NCBI GenBank assembly: GCA_039589615.1
Contig: JBDHHA010000001.1
Span: forward strand, 63,435 to 127,434
Length of the DNA stretch: 64,000 nt
From: Gemmatimonadota bacterium
GTDB lineage: Bacteria > Gemmatimonadota > Gemmatimonadetes > Gemmatimonadales > GWC2-71-9
Direction: 5' to 3'
The notes beneath the pieces were generated by a model. The model ran no database searches, was not told the DNA's origin, and was given only the letters and a program-made list of their open reading frames with translations. Positions 1 through 9,958 of this stretch are shown here, one piece after another. A program made the position numbers and the translations under genes. The first letter of the stretch is position 1, and the number at the start of each line of letters is the position of its first letter.

Positions 1-59
1 TCCATACCTCAAATACTCCGGCGCCGCCGCCGATGTTGCAAGGGGTGCCGGGCGAATCC

Positions 60-902
60 CTAGTGGGCCGTCCCTACCGCCACCCTGTTGCGGAGCACCC
101 CCACCCCTTCCACTTCCACCTCCACGACATCCCCGTGTTGCATGGCGGCGGTGCTGCCCGGCGTTCCCGTGAAGATCACGTCCCCCGGGAGCAGCGTGAA
201 ATACCGGCTTACGTAGCTGACGATCTCGTCCACGCTGAAGATGAGATCCCGGGTGCTCTCCGACTGACGGACCTCGCCGTTGAGGCGGGTCTGCACGAGG
301 AGATCGTTGTAGTCCAATCCCGTTACGATCGCCGGCCCGATCGGTCCGAACGTGTCGGATCCCTTCGCCCTGAGCCACTGCAAGTCGTCCCGCTGCCAGT
401 TCCGCTCGCTGACGTCGTTGCCCGCGGTGACGCCGAAGATGTAGTTGGGCGCCTCGGCCACGGAGACGTTGCTGGCTCGCTTGCCGATGACGACCACCAA
501 CTCTCCTTCGTAGTGGAGGTTCTCGGCGTCCGGCGGAACGACAATGTCGTGGCCGTGGCCCACGAGGGAGGTGGGATACTTGGCGAAGAGGCCGGGATAT
601 GCAGCGGGTTCCCGGGTCCCCAGGTGGCTCCGGTAGTTCAACCCGACGGCGATGACCTTCGACGGCTCGACGGGGGCGAGCAGCGTCACGTCTGCCAGCG
701 GGATCGATGTGTCCGTGACTTGGTGAGACCCGAATAGATCCCCGAGAATCGGACGGACCATCTCTCCTTCCAACACCCCAGAGAAAACCTGTGCTCCCTG
801 GGCGTATCGCACGAACTTCGTGACTTGGCTCTGCGCCGTCGCCGGATGCACCAAGACGAGAACGGCGAGGGCGCACCAGAGCGGGTGCCGGGTGGTGGTC
901 AT
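60..902 (-). CDS. Fumarylacetoacetate hydrolase (FAH) family protein with N-terminal signal peptide
   Basis: The 280-aa ORF has a FAH-fold C-terminal pattern (KVIAVGLNY, HYEGELVVVIGK, GVTAGNDVSERNWQ, PGDVIFTGTPGS). The N-terminus WCALAVLVLVHPATAQS looks like a signal peptide. Confidence 0.8.
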   Translation of the reverse strand: MTTTRHPLWCALAVLVLVHPATAQSQVTKFVRYAQGAQVFSGVLEGEMVRPILGDLFGSHQVTDTSIPLADVTLLAPVEPSKVIAVGLNYRSHLGTREPAAYPGLFAKYPTSLVGHGHDIVVPPDAENLHYEGELVVVIGKRASNVSVAEAPNYIFGVTAGNDVSERNWQRDDLQWLRAKGSDTFGPIGPAIVTGLDYNDLLVQTRLNGEVRQSESTRDLIFSVDEIVSYVSRYFTLLPGDVIFTGTPGSTAAMQHGDVVEVEVEGVGVLRNRVAVGTAH

Positions 903-918
903 GACTGTCCTCCGAGGC

Positions 919-1788
919 TTACCGCCTCATCCTGTTATAGGCGAGCATGACGTCCATGATGTCATTGCTCTCGTACGTGAGCTCCCAGTCTCCCGTGCGC
1001 CTGGCCCCGGGGTAGTGGGCGCCCTCGAAGATCACCTGCTCGGTCTTCATCGTGAGCACCATGGTGTAGGGCGGCCGCAGCGTGTACGGCTCATAGTCTC
1101 CCAGGTTGCGGAGCGCCCGCTCGACGCCGGTACTTATGCGCTCCCGAGCCACCTCAGGGTGGAGGTTCAACGCCGCCGCGCCAATACCCTGTTTGACGGC
1201 CACTGTTTCCACGGGGCCGAGGAGCGCCTGGACCTGGTCGCACAGGGCTTGGTCGCCGGCCGCGAAGACGACGGGCACGTCGTAGTAGCCCGCGATCAAT
1301 GCGTTGTATCCGGCTTCGGGCAGGGAGTGCCCGTTGATTGACACGTCGGTCACGTTGCCCGATGACGTGTGATCGATGACGCCGTTGGGCGTCCCGGCCT
1401 TGGCGTGGAAGCCGATGAAGATCACCGCATCGAATGATGCGTCGATGCCCTCCATCATGCTCAGCGGCCCTCCCGACCACCCGCGCAGCAGCCGCGCCCG
1501 GCTGTTGAGCATTTCCGGGAGCAGGTTGAGGGCCGACCCGTGGGAGTCCCGCACGACGATTTCCGTCGCGCCAGCGGCGAGGGCGCCCTCGATGGCGGCG
1601 TTCGCCTCCCGGGTCATGACCGCTCTGAAGTAGTTGTAATCCTTGCCGGCTCGGCTCGCTTCCTCCGCGCTGCTCACCACACCGGTGATCCCCTCCATGT
1701 CCACCGAGATGAACACTTTGAGATCTTGGCCGGTGAGGGGGGGCAACGCCGTCAGCAACGCCACCGAGGCTATGCGGACCGCTCTCAT
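919..1788 (-). CDS. Peptidase M55 (DppA-type D-aminopeptidase) family protein
   Basis: The 289-aa ORF has FISVDMEGITGV near the N-terminus and VRDSHG, typical of the M55/DppA family. AGGAGG lies upstream of the ATG, and a hydrophobic leader is present. Confidence 0.8.
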   Translation of the reverse strand: MRAVRIASVALLTALPPLTGQDLKVFISVDMEGITGVVSSAEEASRAGKDYNYFRAVMTREANAAIEGALAAGATEIVVRDSHGSALNLLPEMLNSRARLLRGWSGGPLSMMEGIDASFDAVIFIGFHAKAGTPNGVIDHTSSGNVTDVSINGHSLPEAGYNALIAGYYDVPVVFAAGDQALCDQVQALLGPVETVAVKQGIGAAALNLHPEVARERISTGVERALRNLGDYEPYTLRPPYTMVLTMKTEQVIFEGAHYPGARRTGDWELTYESNDIMDVMLAYNRMRR

Positions 1789-1931
1789 GAGGCCTCCTGA
1801 ATCGGGGTGTTCTGCAAAACTACGGTGTGGGACCGGGAGCGGCGAATGGCCGCTCTGGTGGGTCGGTCGCGAGGCGAGAAGCCCCAGCGACCTCGGACTG
1901 TGTGGAGACGCGGTCTAGCTGCTGCTGCGCC

Positions 1932-2390
1932 CTAGGGCGCCAACACAGGTTCCTGGTCGCTTACCCGTTGCACCAGGATCTCCCGGGCAATGTCGGCGTC
2001 GAGGGCCAGGTCGGTCTCCCCGACACGTACCACGCAGGAGGGTCGTTGCTGGATGAGCACGACGTGGGACCCCGGCGCGAGGCCGAAGACGGCAAGGGTG
2101 TTGTGTCGTTGTGGGTTTTGACCGCCCATGCAGAGCACGGTTGCGCGGTCGCCCCCCTTGAGCTTGGTGATCGGCTGTATGTCCGTAGGAAGCTCGCTGT
2201 AAGCCAAGGCTCCCCTCCTAAACAGTTTGTGGATCCAGGAGACCCGTTTCGGCCTCTCGGGAAATTCGTAGTTGCAGCTAGGACAGCGAGTCAGGTGGCA
2301 CAGCGCGCCCAACGGACACCCGTGGGCACAGAGCGTGTCCACCTTCTCGAACTCGAACCCGCAGAACGGGCAGGTTAGAAACTCAGCCAT
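1932..2390 (-). CDS. feoA: FeoA-domain protein with Cys-rich (zinc-ribbon-like) N-terminal extension
   Basis: The internal ATG at 2390 (MAEFLTCPFCGF...) gives 152 aa. The N-terminus carries 7 Cys in CxxC-type pairs. The C-terminal half has a FeoA/SH3-like pattern (VFGLAPGSHVVLIQQRPSCVVRVGETDLALDADIAREILV). It overlaps the feoB stop by 16 nt. Confidence 0.7.
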   Translation of the reverse strand: MAEFLTCPFCGFEFEKVDTLCAHGCPLGALCHLTRCPSCNYEFPERPKRVSWIHKLFRRGALAYSELPTDIQPITKLKGGDRATVLCMGGQNPQRHNTLAVFGLAPGSHVVLIQQRPSCVVRVGETDLALDADIAREILVQRVSDQEPVLAP

Positions 2391-4360
2391 TGTCCCAGAT
2401 GGTTGAGTGTTCCCCCCACGAAGAACGCGAAGGGGAAGATGAACGCCGCCATGCCCAAGGCGATCTTCATGCCTTGTTCCTTCGCGATCATCAAGAAGTT
2501 GGCGATGCACGGCATGAACAGGGTGATCGTGACCATTGCGACGAAGATCTGATGTGCGGAGAGCACGGCATCCGGACCGGTGGCCGCATCCAGGATGTAC
2601 ACGGCGCCGAAATCACGCCGCATGAAGCCCACCAGGAACGCGTTGGCCATCTCCCGGGGCAGGCCGAGCCAGCCGGTGACCAGGGGTTCCCCGACGCGGC
2701 CAATGGCCTCGAGGATGTGAAACTGGTCGAGGACGAACAACAATGCCGTGCCGATGACGAAGAGGGGGATGACCTCTTTCAGATACCAATTCAGGCGCGT
2801 CCACGTCTTCACGGCGACGTTCGAGATCTGTGGACGCCGCATCGGTGGGATCTCCATGATGAAGTCGCTGGTATCGCCATCGAAAAGACGCGCCGTCAGC
2901 CATCCCACCAAGAAGATCACGCCGATCACGATCCCGACCCACACGACTGCGCCTGCCGGATGGAGCATGGCCATCATGGCGAGGAGAACGCCCAGTTGCG
3001 CGGAGCAGGGCACCGCCAGGGCCAGGAGCATGGTCGTGACAATCCGCTCCTTGCGTGTCTCCAGAATGCGCGTGGTCATGGTGGCCATGGTGTCGCACCC
3101 CAGCCCCAGAATCATGGGAAGCACGGCCTTGCCGTTCAGCCCCATCACCCGAAAGACCCGGTTTACCATGATGGCCATGCGGGGGAAGTATCCCGAATCC
3201 TCCATGATGCTGAACACGAAGAAGAACGTGGTGACGATGGGGAGCACGATGGCGAAGGCGTAGGCCAGGGCCATGGTGATGACCCCGAAATCTCCCACCA
3301 GAAAGTCGTGCGCTACCCGCATCACGGATTGCGGTGCGGTCAGGTCGGCGCCGGGCTGCAGCGCGTAGGCCGGCAGGATGGCTTCCTTGTCGAGGGTTCC
3401 CAGGGTGATCTCGTGCACCGGAGTGAGCGGGATCCCCATGGTGTGGGATATCAGCTCGACATCGTGCGCGTGCGGGAAGCGGAACACCGCATCGATCCCA
3501 CGAACCGCGAGAGGACTCAGGCGCTGTTGGAAGAGGGGCACCTCCATCGCGTCGACCAGCGTGCCCGCCCCGAACAGCCCGACGAACCACGTTACGACGA
3601 ACAGCACCAGCCCCAGGAATGCGAGGCCCTTCACCGGGTGCATCGCCCAGAAGCCGAGCCTGACGCTGAAGGAGGCGTGCTGCGGCTGGCTCATCTCGTA
3701 GGTTTCGCCGAGAATGTCGTGCACCTTGCGGAGGAGGGAACGATTGTGCTCGTAGAGATCGTCGAGGGGGCCGTCGTCATCGGCCTCAATGGTGGGCTTC
3801 CGGGCCTCCGGCAATGCGGCGATCAGGTCTTGCGTCCCTTCGTTGCGGATGGCGACGGTGCTCACCACCGGCACGCCGAGGATCTCGCTCAAGCGCTCGG
3901 TGTCGATCTTCCCACCCCGCTCTTCGAGCTCGTCGACCATGTTGAGGACCAGCATCATCGGGCGCTGGAGCTCTGCGAGCTGCAGCGTGAGCAACAGGGC
4001 CCGGCGCAGGTTCTTGGCGTCGGCCACCTGCACGACGGTCCCGTCCGGGTATTGATCCAGGAGGTTCAACGCCACCCGGGCGTCGTCGGCCCGGGGCGTG
4101 AGGTCGTTGATACCCGGGGTGTCGATGATCTCCATGGCGCGGCCGTTGAAGTTGGCCTGAGCCCTGGCGATGTCGACGGTCGTGCCGGGGAAGTTGGAGA
4201 CCGTGACGTAGCGGTTGGTGAGATTTTTGAAGAGAACGCTCTTGCCGACGTTGGGGTTGCCCACCAGGACGGTGGTGTGCCGCTCCTCGGCGCGCTGCTT
4301 GCGGCGCTGGGGGCTACCCACGCTTTGGGATTCTACGGCGCTGCCTCTGGGTAAATGCAA
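2375..4360 (-). CDS. feoB: Ferrous iron transporter FeoB (N-terminal GTPase plus membrane permease)
   Basis: G1 motif VLVGNPNVGKS, then DTPG and NMVD, followed by a long polytopic membrane domain. The 796-aa ORF-track start is an overextension into the divergent permease gene. In-frame alternative starts are TTG 4360 (preceded by AAAGAG), GTG 4390 and GTG 4321, so the start is uncertain by about 40 nt. Confidence 0.85.
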   Translation of the reverse strand: MHLPRGSAVESQSVGSPQRRKQRAEERHTTVLVGNPNVGKSVLFKNLTNRYVTVSNFPGTTVDIARAQANFNGRAMEIIDTPGINDLTPRADDARVALNLLDQYPDGTVVQVADAKNLRRALLLTLQLAELQRPMMLVLNMVDELEERGGKIDTERLSEILGVPVVSTVAIRNEGTQDLIAALPEARKPTIEADDDGPLDDLYEHNRSLLRKVHDILGETYEMSQPQHASFSVRLGFWAMHPVKGLAFLGLVLFVVTWFVGLFGAGTLVDAMEVPLFQQRLSPLAVRGIDAVFRFPHAHDVELISHTMGIPLTPVHEITLGTLDKEAILPAYALQPGADLTAPQSVMRVAHDFLVGDFGVITMALAYAFAIVLPIVTTFFFVFSIMEDSGYFPRMAIMVNRVFRVMGLNGKAVLPMILGLGCDTMATMTTRILETRKERIVTTMLLALAVPCSAQLGVLLAMMAMLHPAGAVVWVGIVIGVIFLVGWLTARLFDGDTSDFIMEIPPMRRPQISNVAVKTWTRLNWYLKEVIPLFVIGTALLFVLDQFHILEAIGRVGEPLVTGWLGLPREMANAFLVGFMRRDFGAVYILDAATGPDAVLSAHQIFVAMVTITLFMPCIANFLMIAKEQGMKIALGMAAFIFPFAFFVGGTLNHLGQWLSF

Positions 4361-4520
4361 ATGAGTCTCTTTCTCAAGTAGCTGGCCCACGTCACCCGTG
4401 TCATGGAAAATCCCATGGGTGTCAGTGTGGGGCGATGAATTGAATGTGAAGCAATCTTCAGAAACCCCTGTTGCCGGGGAGCAGAAACGGTGCAATGGTG
4501 ACAGGGCTTTACGACAGGGT

Positions 4521-5873
4521 ATGGGTTCTTTCGTGGGAGGAAATCCAGTGAAAGAGGGGGGCAGCTCAACGACGTACGCCCGGCGGCTCGGGGTGTTCGA
4601 CGGCACGATGCTCGTCATGGGCGGCATCATCGGCGCGGGGATCTTTCTCAACCCGTCGATCGTGGCCCAGCGAATCGGGACCCCCGGCCTCACGGTGGCC
4701 GTGTGGGTCATCGGCGGGGTGATCGCCCTGGCGGGAGCGTTCTGCTTCGCCGAACTGGGATCCAACCGGCCCCAGGCCGGTGGGGGGTACGTGTACCTCC
4801 GGGACGGGTTCGGCCCCCTGCCCGCCTTTCTCTACGGTTGGACGCTGCTCTTGGTGATCAGCACCGGGGCGATCGCGGCCGTCGGGGTGACGTTTGCCCG
4901 ATACGCCGCGGATCTGGCCGGGCTCGGTGATCGGTGGATCAACCCCCTCGCCGTCGGGGCCATCCTCCTCCTCTCGGCGGGCAACTACCTGGGTGTGCGG
5001 ACCGGAGCCGTGGTGCAGAACGTGTTCACGGTGCTGAAGCTGGTGGCCCTCGCCGTCCTCATCGTCGTGGGTCTGTTTGTAGCCGGCGGGGAGCCCGACG
5101 CCGCCATCACAGGAACGGCGGGCAACGCCTTGGGGCTCGGTGGATTCGCCGCTGTGGTAGGGGTGGCGCTCGTTCCCGTGCTGTTCTCCTACGGAGGCTG
5201 GCAGCAGACCAACTACGTCGCCGAGGAGATCGTTGACCCGGAACGGACGTTGCCACGTGCCCTCCTCCTTGGCGTGGTGGGGGTGGTGCTGGTGTACGTG
5301 CTTGCCAACGTGGTGTACGTAAAGGTCCTCGGCGTGATCGGCCTGGCGGCGAGCCTGGCGCCGGCCGCGGACGTCATGCGGGCACTGCTCGGTCCTGCGG
5401 GAGCGACGTTCATCTCCGCTGGCATTGCGGCGTCGACGTTTGGGTTTCTGAACCTGGTGATATTGGTCTCGCCCAGAGTCTATCAAGCCATGGCCAGAGA
5501 CGGCGTGTTCTTCCGACGCATGGCCGAACTGCATCCCCGGCATCGGACTCCCACGGCGGCCATCGTGTTTCAGGCGGTGTGGGCGTCTGTGCTGACGCTG
5601 AGCGGAACCTACGGTCAACTGCTGGACTATGTGGTGTTCGGGGATTGGATCTTCTTCGGCCTGGCGGGTGCGACCGTCTTCATCTTTCGACGTCGGGGCG
5701 AGGAAATCCGATTCAAGACGCCGGCGTATCCGTGGATACCCGGGCTCTTTGTGGTGGCCGCCGCCTACGTGGTGCTGAGCTCGATTGCCTCGAATCCCGG
5801 CAACGCCTTGTTGGGATCGGGGTTGATCGGCCTTGGCGTCCCCGCGTACTTGTTCTGGAGACGTAGTACGTAG
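4521..5873 (+). CDS. Amino acid permease (APC superfamily)
   Basis: About 12 predicted TM segments. The N-terminal pattern GVFDGTMLVMGGIIGAGIF...FAELG is typical of APC transporters. The start is ATG 4521 or the in-frame GTG 4548 (GGAGGA upstream). Confidence 0.8.
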   Translation: MGSFVGGNPVKEGGSSTTYARRLGVFDGTMLVMGGIIGAGIFLNPSIVAQRIGTPGLTVAVWVIGGVIALAGAFCFAELGSNRPQAGGGYVYLRDGFGPLPAFLYGWTLLLVISTGAIAAVGVTFARYAADLAGLGDRWINPLAVGAILLLSAGNYLGVRTGAVVQNVFTVLKLVALAVLIVVGLFVAGGEPDAAITGTAGNALGLGGFAAVVGVALVPVLFSYGGWQQTNYVAEEIVDPERTLPRALLLGVVGVVLVYVLANVVYVKVLGVIGLAASLAPAADVMRALLGPAGATFISAGIAASTFGFLNLVILVSPRVYQAMARDGVFFRRMAELHPRHRTPTAAIVFQAVWASVLTLSGTYGQLLDYVVFGDWIFFGLAGATVFIFRRRGEEIRFKTPAYPWIPGLFVVAAAYVVLSSIASNPGNALLGSGLIGLGVPAYLFWRRST

Positions 5874-5938
5874 CAGACGGAGCCTGCGGCCGCTCCGATC
5901 CGAAATGACTCACACGAACGGGCGACCGGACCATCCCC

Positions 5939-7111
5939 ATGGGCCGCACAACATTCCTGCTTCTCCCGCTCCTGGCCTGGACGGGCGGCGCCCGCGCCCA
6001 GGAAGGTTTCCGCCCGGGCCTCCAGGTGACCGGACTCCCCGCCATCAACTACGACTCGGATGAGGGATTCGGGTACGGCGCCGTTGCCGGCATCTATCGC
6101 TACGTCGAGGGCCGCAACCTGTACAAGTGGGCGCTGGAGCCCTCGGTCTTCTTCACGACGAACGGGCGTCGCGATGTGTTTGTGTTTGTGGACGCGCCGT
6201 TTGTCTTTGGGGGCGCGTGGAGGTTCTCGCTGGGCACGGGATACACGAACGAGTGCTGCGTTCCCTATTACGGTCTGGGAAACGCGTCCGACTACGACCC
6301 CACGCTGGTGGGTGAGGACGTCACTCCCAAATTCTACGCCTACGGCCGAGACCGCTGGGTCTTCGCGGCGCGCATGCAGTGGCGCGTGCGGCCCAATGTG
6401 CGACTGGTCGGCGGATTCGCGGCGTATCACAACACGAGCGAGAGCAGCGGCCCGGACACCAAGTTCGGCGAGGATCTGGACGCGGGCGCAATCCCGGCCT
6501 CGCATCTTTCCGCGGCGTCCATCGGGCCGAGGCTCGGCGTCGTCTTCGACACGCGGGATTATGAGCGGGACCCGCACCGGGGCGTCTGGCTCGAAGCGCT
6601 GGTGTGGCAGGGGCTGGACGCCCTGGGCAGCGAGGACGACTTCACCCGTCTCACCGCCGCGGCGCGGGGTTATGTGTCCCTGACCTCGAGCGTCACACTG
6701 GCGGGCCGGGTGCTCGGCGAGCACGTCTTCGGCACGATGCCCGTCGCCATGCTGCCCGATCTGGCGTCGTCGTTCAAGGATTTCGAGGGCGTCGGAGGCG
6801 CGCAGTCGGTGCGTGGCGTGTTCCGCGCCCGTTACATCGGAATTTCGCGCGTGCTGTCGAACATGGAGCTGCGGTGGCGTGGGGTGCAGTTCCCCGGCAT
6901 CGGGCAGCCGTGGCGTATAGGTGGCGTGGCGTTCGTGGACGCGGGACGGGTGTGGGACGATGCCGGAACCGACGCCGGCGCAGGTCTCCATTGGGGGAAG
7001 GGCGGGGGGATCCGTTGGAGCATGGGCGACGCCTTTATCGTGGCAATCGACGTCGCCCACGGCAGCGAGGCGGGCGTGCAGACCTACATGGGACTAGGTC
7101 ATCTGTTTTGA
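5939..7111 (+). CDS. Outer-membrane beta-barrel protein (Omp85/surface-antigen-like barrel)
   Basis: Signal peptide (LLLPLLAWTGGARAQ), alternating beta-strand pattern, Gly/aromatic-rich C-terminus ending in ...YMGLGHLF (terminal Phe). Confidence 0.6.
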   Translation: MGRTTFLLLPLLAWTGGARAQEGFRPGLQVTGLPAINYDSDEGFGYGAVAGIYRYVEGRNLYKWALEPSVFFTTNGRRDVFVFVDAPFVFGGAWRFSLGTGYTNECCVPYYGLGNASDYDPTLVGEDVTPKFYAYGRDRWVFAARMQWRVRPNVRLVGGFAAYHNTSESSGPDTKFGEDLDAGAIPASHLSAASIGPRLGVVFDTRDYERDPHRGVWLEALVWQGLDALGSEDDFTRLTAAARGYVSLTSSVTLAGRVLGEHVFGTMPVAMLPDLASSFKDFEGVGGAQSVRGVFRARYIGISRVLSNMELRWRGVQFPGIGQPWRIGGVAFVDAGRVWDDAGTDAGAGLHWGKGGGIRWSMGDAFIVAIDVAHGSEAGVQTYMGLGHLF

Positions 7112-7138
7112 AGTGTCGCTGTCGGTGATGGCCATATC

Positions 7139-9958
7139 TCACTCGCCACCGCCTAGCTGCGCCTCGGTGGCGCCGGACAGGTAGATCCCGTTGAAGAAGA
7201 ACTTGAATGTGCCATGGGGCTGGCCCCGGAACAGCACTTCGGGTCCCAGGATGAACAGATTCCCCTGGCCCACCTTCGCGTCCGCGATGGTGACGCCGCC
7301 GTTGAGGTGATGCTGCCCCCATGCCCAACCGCTTCGCAGCGGCGCGTCGCTGTCGAACCACGCCACCGGACGCACACCTTCCACGTACGCTTCCGGACGC
7401 AGCCGGAAGACCGGGCTGTTCGAGAACATCACGTCCACCCGGTCCTTGACGCCGTACGCCAGCGGCCGAGTGTTGTCGACCCGTACTTGGAGCACCGAGG
7501 TGGGGACGTAGTAATCGTTGCGGGACAACGGCTGTCCCAGCCCGTCGACGATGTGATTCGTGAGGGGCAGCTCCGCGTGTTGCACCATGGAGTTGGAGCT
7601 GCCGATGGCGACCAGCGTGCCGCCCTGATTCATGAATTCGATGAGTTCCGGAACGGTTCGGTCGGTGGAGACATTACCGAGCCAGCCGCGGTACTCCTCG
7701 GGAATGCTCGAGGGGTCTGGGCCGCCGCCACCAAACCCTCCTCGGAATCTCCCTCCCCCACTTCCGCCCGGAATGGCGCCGTCCACGAACACCAACACGT
7801 CGTAGGTCCGGTTCAGGTTCCCGGCGTCGAGTTCCTGGGGATACACCAGCTCGAAGGGGAACTCGAACTGCTCCAGCAGCCACCGCGTCCACCCTGACGG
7901 CATGGAGCCGCCGTACCGGTCCCACAGCCCAATACGCACCGGGCGTACACGCAAGGCATTGCCCGTGGGGGCAAACGGCACGCCGTCGAAGTCCACCCCG
8001 AGCTCGGCTGCCATCGCCTCGAGTTGTCCTCGAGTGGACGAGTTGGCGGGAATGTAGATCGTCCCAGCGGGATAGGTCGTACGGTTCGCCGAGAACGGCG
8101 CCGCCAGCCAATACACCTCCTGGTTGTCTGCGTGCAGACGGTTGGTGACGATGGCCGCGTCGTTCACCTCGTGACTCATCAGGAACCCCGCCGCGTCTTG
8201 CACGTTGGTGACGCGGCCCGCCAGCGGCGTAGCAAAGCCCTCGATCTGCTCGAAGGGACCGTCGAAGTCCTCGAGGATCCGGTCGAACTCCACGCCCATG
8301 CTGTACGCCAGCGTGTAGCCGGCGTTGTCGTACGGCGGCCTGGGCGGACCGCCCTCGTACTCGAAGTCGTTGGGGTGGTCCTGCGGTTCGAACATGTCGA
8401 GGACGTGGGGCCGGAACGCCTGCGCCGCCTTCACGACGTACGATCCGGCGGGATACGACGTCCCGGCGACCTCGAAGTCACCCGTTGCGCGGTGCACGGC
8501 GATGCCGCTCTTGATCAACGCGTTCAGGAACTTCACGGCAGTGGGGAAGTCGGCCTGGTCCGCCGAGAGAATGAACCCGCGGGGGTCCCTGTTCTCGGGG
8601 AGGCGCAGCATGTCGAAGTACTCATCGGACACGCCGCGGAACCGCCGGAACATCTGCGCCTGTGCCTGCTGCGCGCCCTGCTGGCTCGCCGCCACGGCTT
8701 CGTTGACGGCATCGATCACTTTGGGGTGAATCGTCCAACTGTCGCGGCTGCCCCGCTCGATGGAGTTCTTGCCCATGAGGTAGCGGTTGTACAGCATGGT
8801 CTCCCGATTCCGGGAGGCGTAGTCCATGATGGCCCGGTTGGCGGTGATGGAATAATCGATCGACTGCCTGAAATGCCACTCCTGCGGCTCGATGGGGGCC
8901 GGTAGGTCACCGTTGGGAAGTTGTCGCTGGGGCAGGAACGGGATACGCATCGGCGTCGGGTTGCCGATGGTTTCGGTCAGGATGCCGATCTGGTTGTGGA
9001 AATATCCGACGGTTCTCACGTTGCCGTTGAACCACGTCGAGTAGCTCGCCCCCGATCGCATGGTGGATCCCCCTTTGCCCTCGGCCACGAGCCTGGAGTG
9101 GATCGCCGTGCCGACCGCCTCGATGCCCAGGGGGATCAACGGGTCGAAGTTGTAGTTGAAGGGATCACGGAACGGTGGCGCAAACATCACGGTTCCCGCC
9201 GGTCCCGTCTGATGGTGGTTGTACATGAGTTGGGGATACCACTCCCGAAACATGATGCGGGACATGTTCTCGGTTTCGGGCTGGCTCACCAGGTACGAGT
9301 CCCTGTTGTTGTCGTGGCCGATGTACTTCTGGTAGAGGCGCGGGATCCCGCTGCTGCGCCGCCGGGTCGGGTCCGGCTCCCGCATGTACCAGTCAGACAC
9401 CAACTCCATGCCGTCGGGGTTGGCGTGTGCCGCCAACAGGATGATGTCGTCGAGCAACCGCATCGTCTCCCGATCGGTCCGACTCACCATCTGATAGACC
9501 ATCTCCATCAACTGGTGTGCCCCCAGCACCTCGGTGGCGTGAAGTCCTCCGTCGATCCACACCACGGCCTTGCCTTCCCGGGCCAGCTCCCGGGCCTGCT
9601 CGTCGGTCAAACCTTCGGCCAGGGCCAGCTGTCGTGCGATTCCCTTGTAGCGGTCCAGGTTCCGATGGTTTTCAGGCGACGTGATGATGGCCATGAGCTG
9701 CGGCCGGCCCTCCGCGGTCGTCCCCATCTCCTGCAAGACCATCCGCGGGGATTCGCGCTCGAGCTTCTGCCAGTACTCCACGAGCTGGGTGTAGTTGGCC
9801 AAGTGATAGTCGTCGCCGATGTTGAAGCCGAACTGGTCCTGGGGGGTCGTGATCCGGCCCTGGGCATTCAGCGCCGCCATGGGAGTCGCGGTCAGGACGG
9901 CGGCCAGGGTCACCCCGGCAAGCGTGGACCGCCAGGTCGTGCGTGTGATACCGATCAT
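7139..9958 (-). CDS. Large secreted M14-family zinc carboxypeptidase-like protein
   Basis: Internal ATG at 9958 (MIGITRTTW... with a signal peptide). Zinc motif HATE in IDGGLHATEVLG, ANPDG and HDNNRD. Long C-terminal extension of about 939 aa in total. The upstream 75 codons of the track ORF look spurious. Confidence 0.8.
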   Translation of the reverse strand: MIGITRTTWRSTLAGVTLAAVLTATPMAALNAQGRITTPQDQFGFNIGDDYHLANYTQLVEYWQKLERESPRMVLQEMGTTAEGRPQLMAIITSPENHRNLDRYKGIARQLALAEGLTDEQARELAREGKAVVWIDGGLHATEVLGAHQLMEMVYQMVSRTDRETMRLLDDIILLAAHANPDGMELVSDWYMREPDPTRRRSSGIPRLYQKYIGHDNNRDSYLVSQPETENMSRIMFREWYPQLMYNHHQTGPAGTVMFAPPFRDPFNYNFDPLIPLGIEAVGTAIHSRLVAEGKGGSTMRSGASYSTWFNGNVRTVGYFHNQIGILTETIGNPTPMRIPFLPQRQLPNGDLPAPIEPQEWHFRQSIDYSITANRAIMDYASRNRETMLYNRYLMGKNSIERGSRDSWTIHPKVIDAVNEAVAASQQGAQQAQAQMFRRFRGVSDEYFDMLRLPENRDPRGFILSADQADFPTAVKFLNALIKSGIAVHRATGDFEVAGTSYPAGSYVVKAAQAFRPHVLDMFEPQDHPNDFEYEGGPPRPPYDNAGYTLAYSMGVEFDRILEDFDGPFEQIEGFATPLAGRVTNVQDAAGFLMSHEVNDAAIVTNRLHADNQEVYWLAAPFSANRTTYPAGTIYIPANSSTRGQLEAMAAELGVDFDGVPFAPTGNALRVRPVRIGLWDRYGGSMPSGWTRWLLEQFEFPFELVYPQELDAGNLNRTYDVLVFVDGAIPGGSGGGRFRGGFGGGGPDPSSIPEEYRGWLGNVSTDRTVPELIEFMNQGGTLVAIGSSNSMVQHAELPLTNHIVDGLGQPLSRNDYYVPTSVLQVRVDNTRPLAYGVKDRVDVMFSNSPVFRLRPEAYVEGVRPVAWFDSDAPLRSGWAWGQHHLNGGVTIADAKVGQGNLFILGPEVLFRGQPHGTFKFFFNGIYLSGATEAQLGGGE

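Noticed and set aside
2390-4354. 654-aa ORF on the plus strand
   Set aside because: It lies entirely antisense to feoB, whose translation has unmistakable G-protein and permease motifs. The product is His/Asp/Gly/Arg-rich low complexity, typical of shadow ORFs in GC-rich DNA.
4350-4372. Possible Fur box (AATGCAAATGAGTCTC) near the feoB start
   Set aside because: It matches only about 11 of 16 positions of the core consensus by eye. It lies within or at the most likely feoB start codons rather than upstream of a promoter. It cannot be supported without a position-weight-matrix score or knowledge of this lineage's Fur motif.
5765-7060. 431-aa minus-strand ORF
   Set aside because: It is antisense to the outer-membrane barrel gene (5939-7111), which has a signal peptide and a C-terminal Phe. 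The composition is not protein-like.
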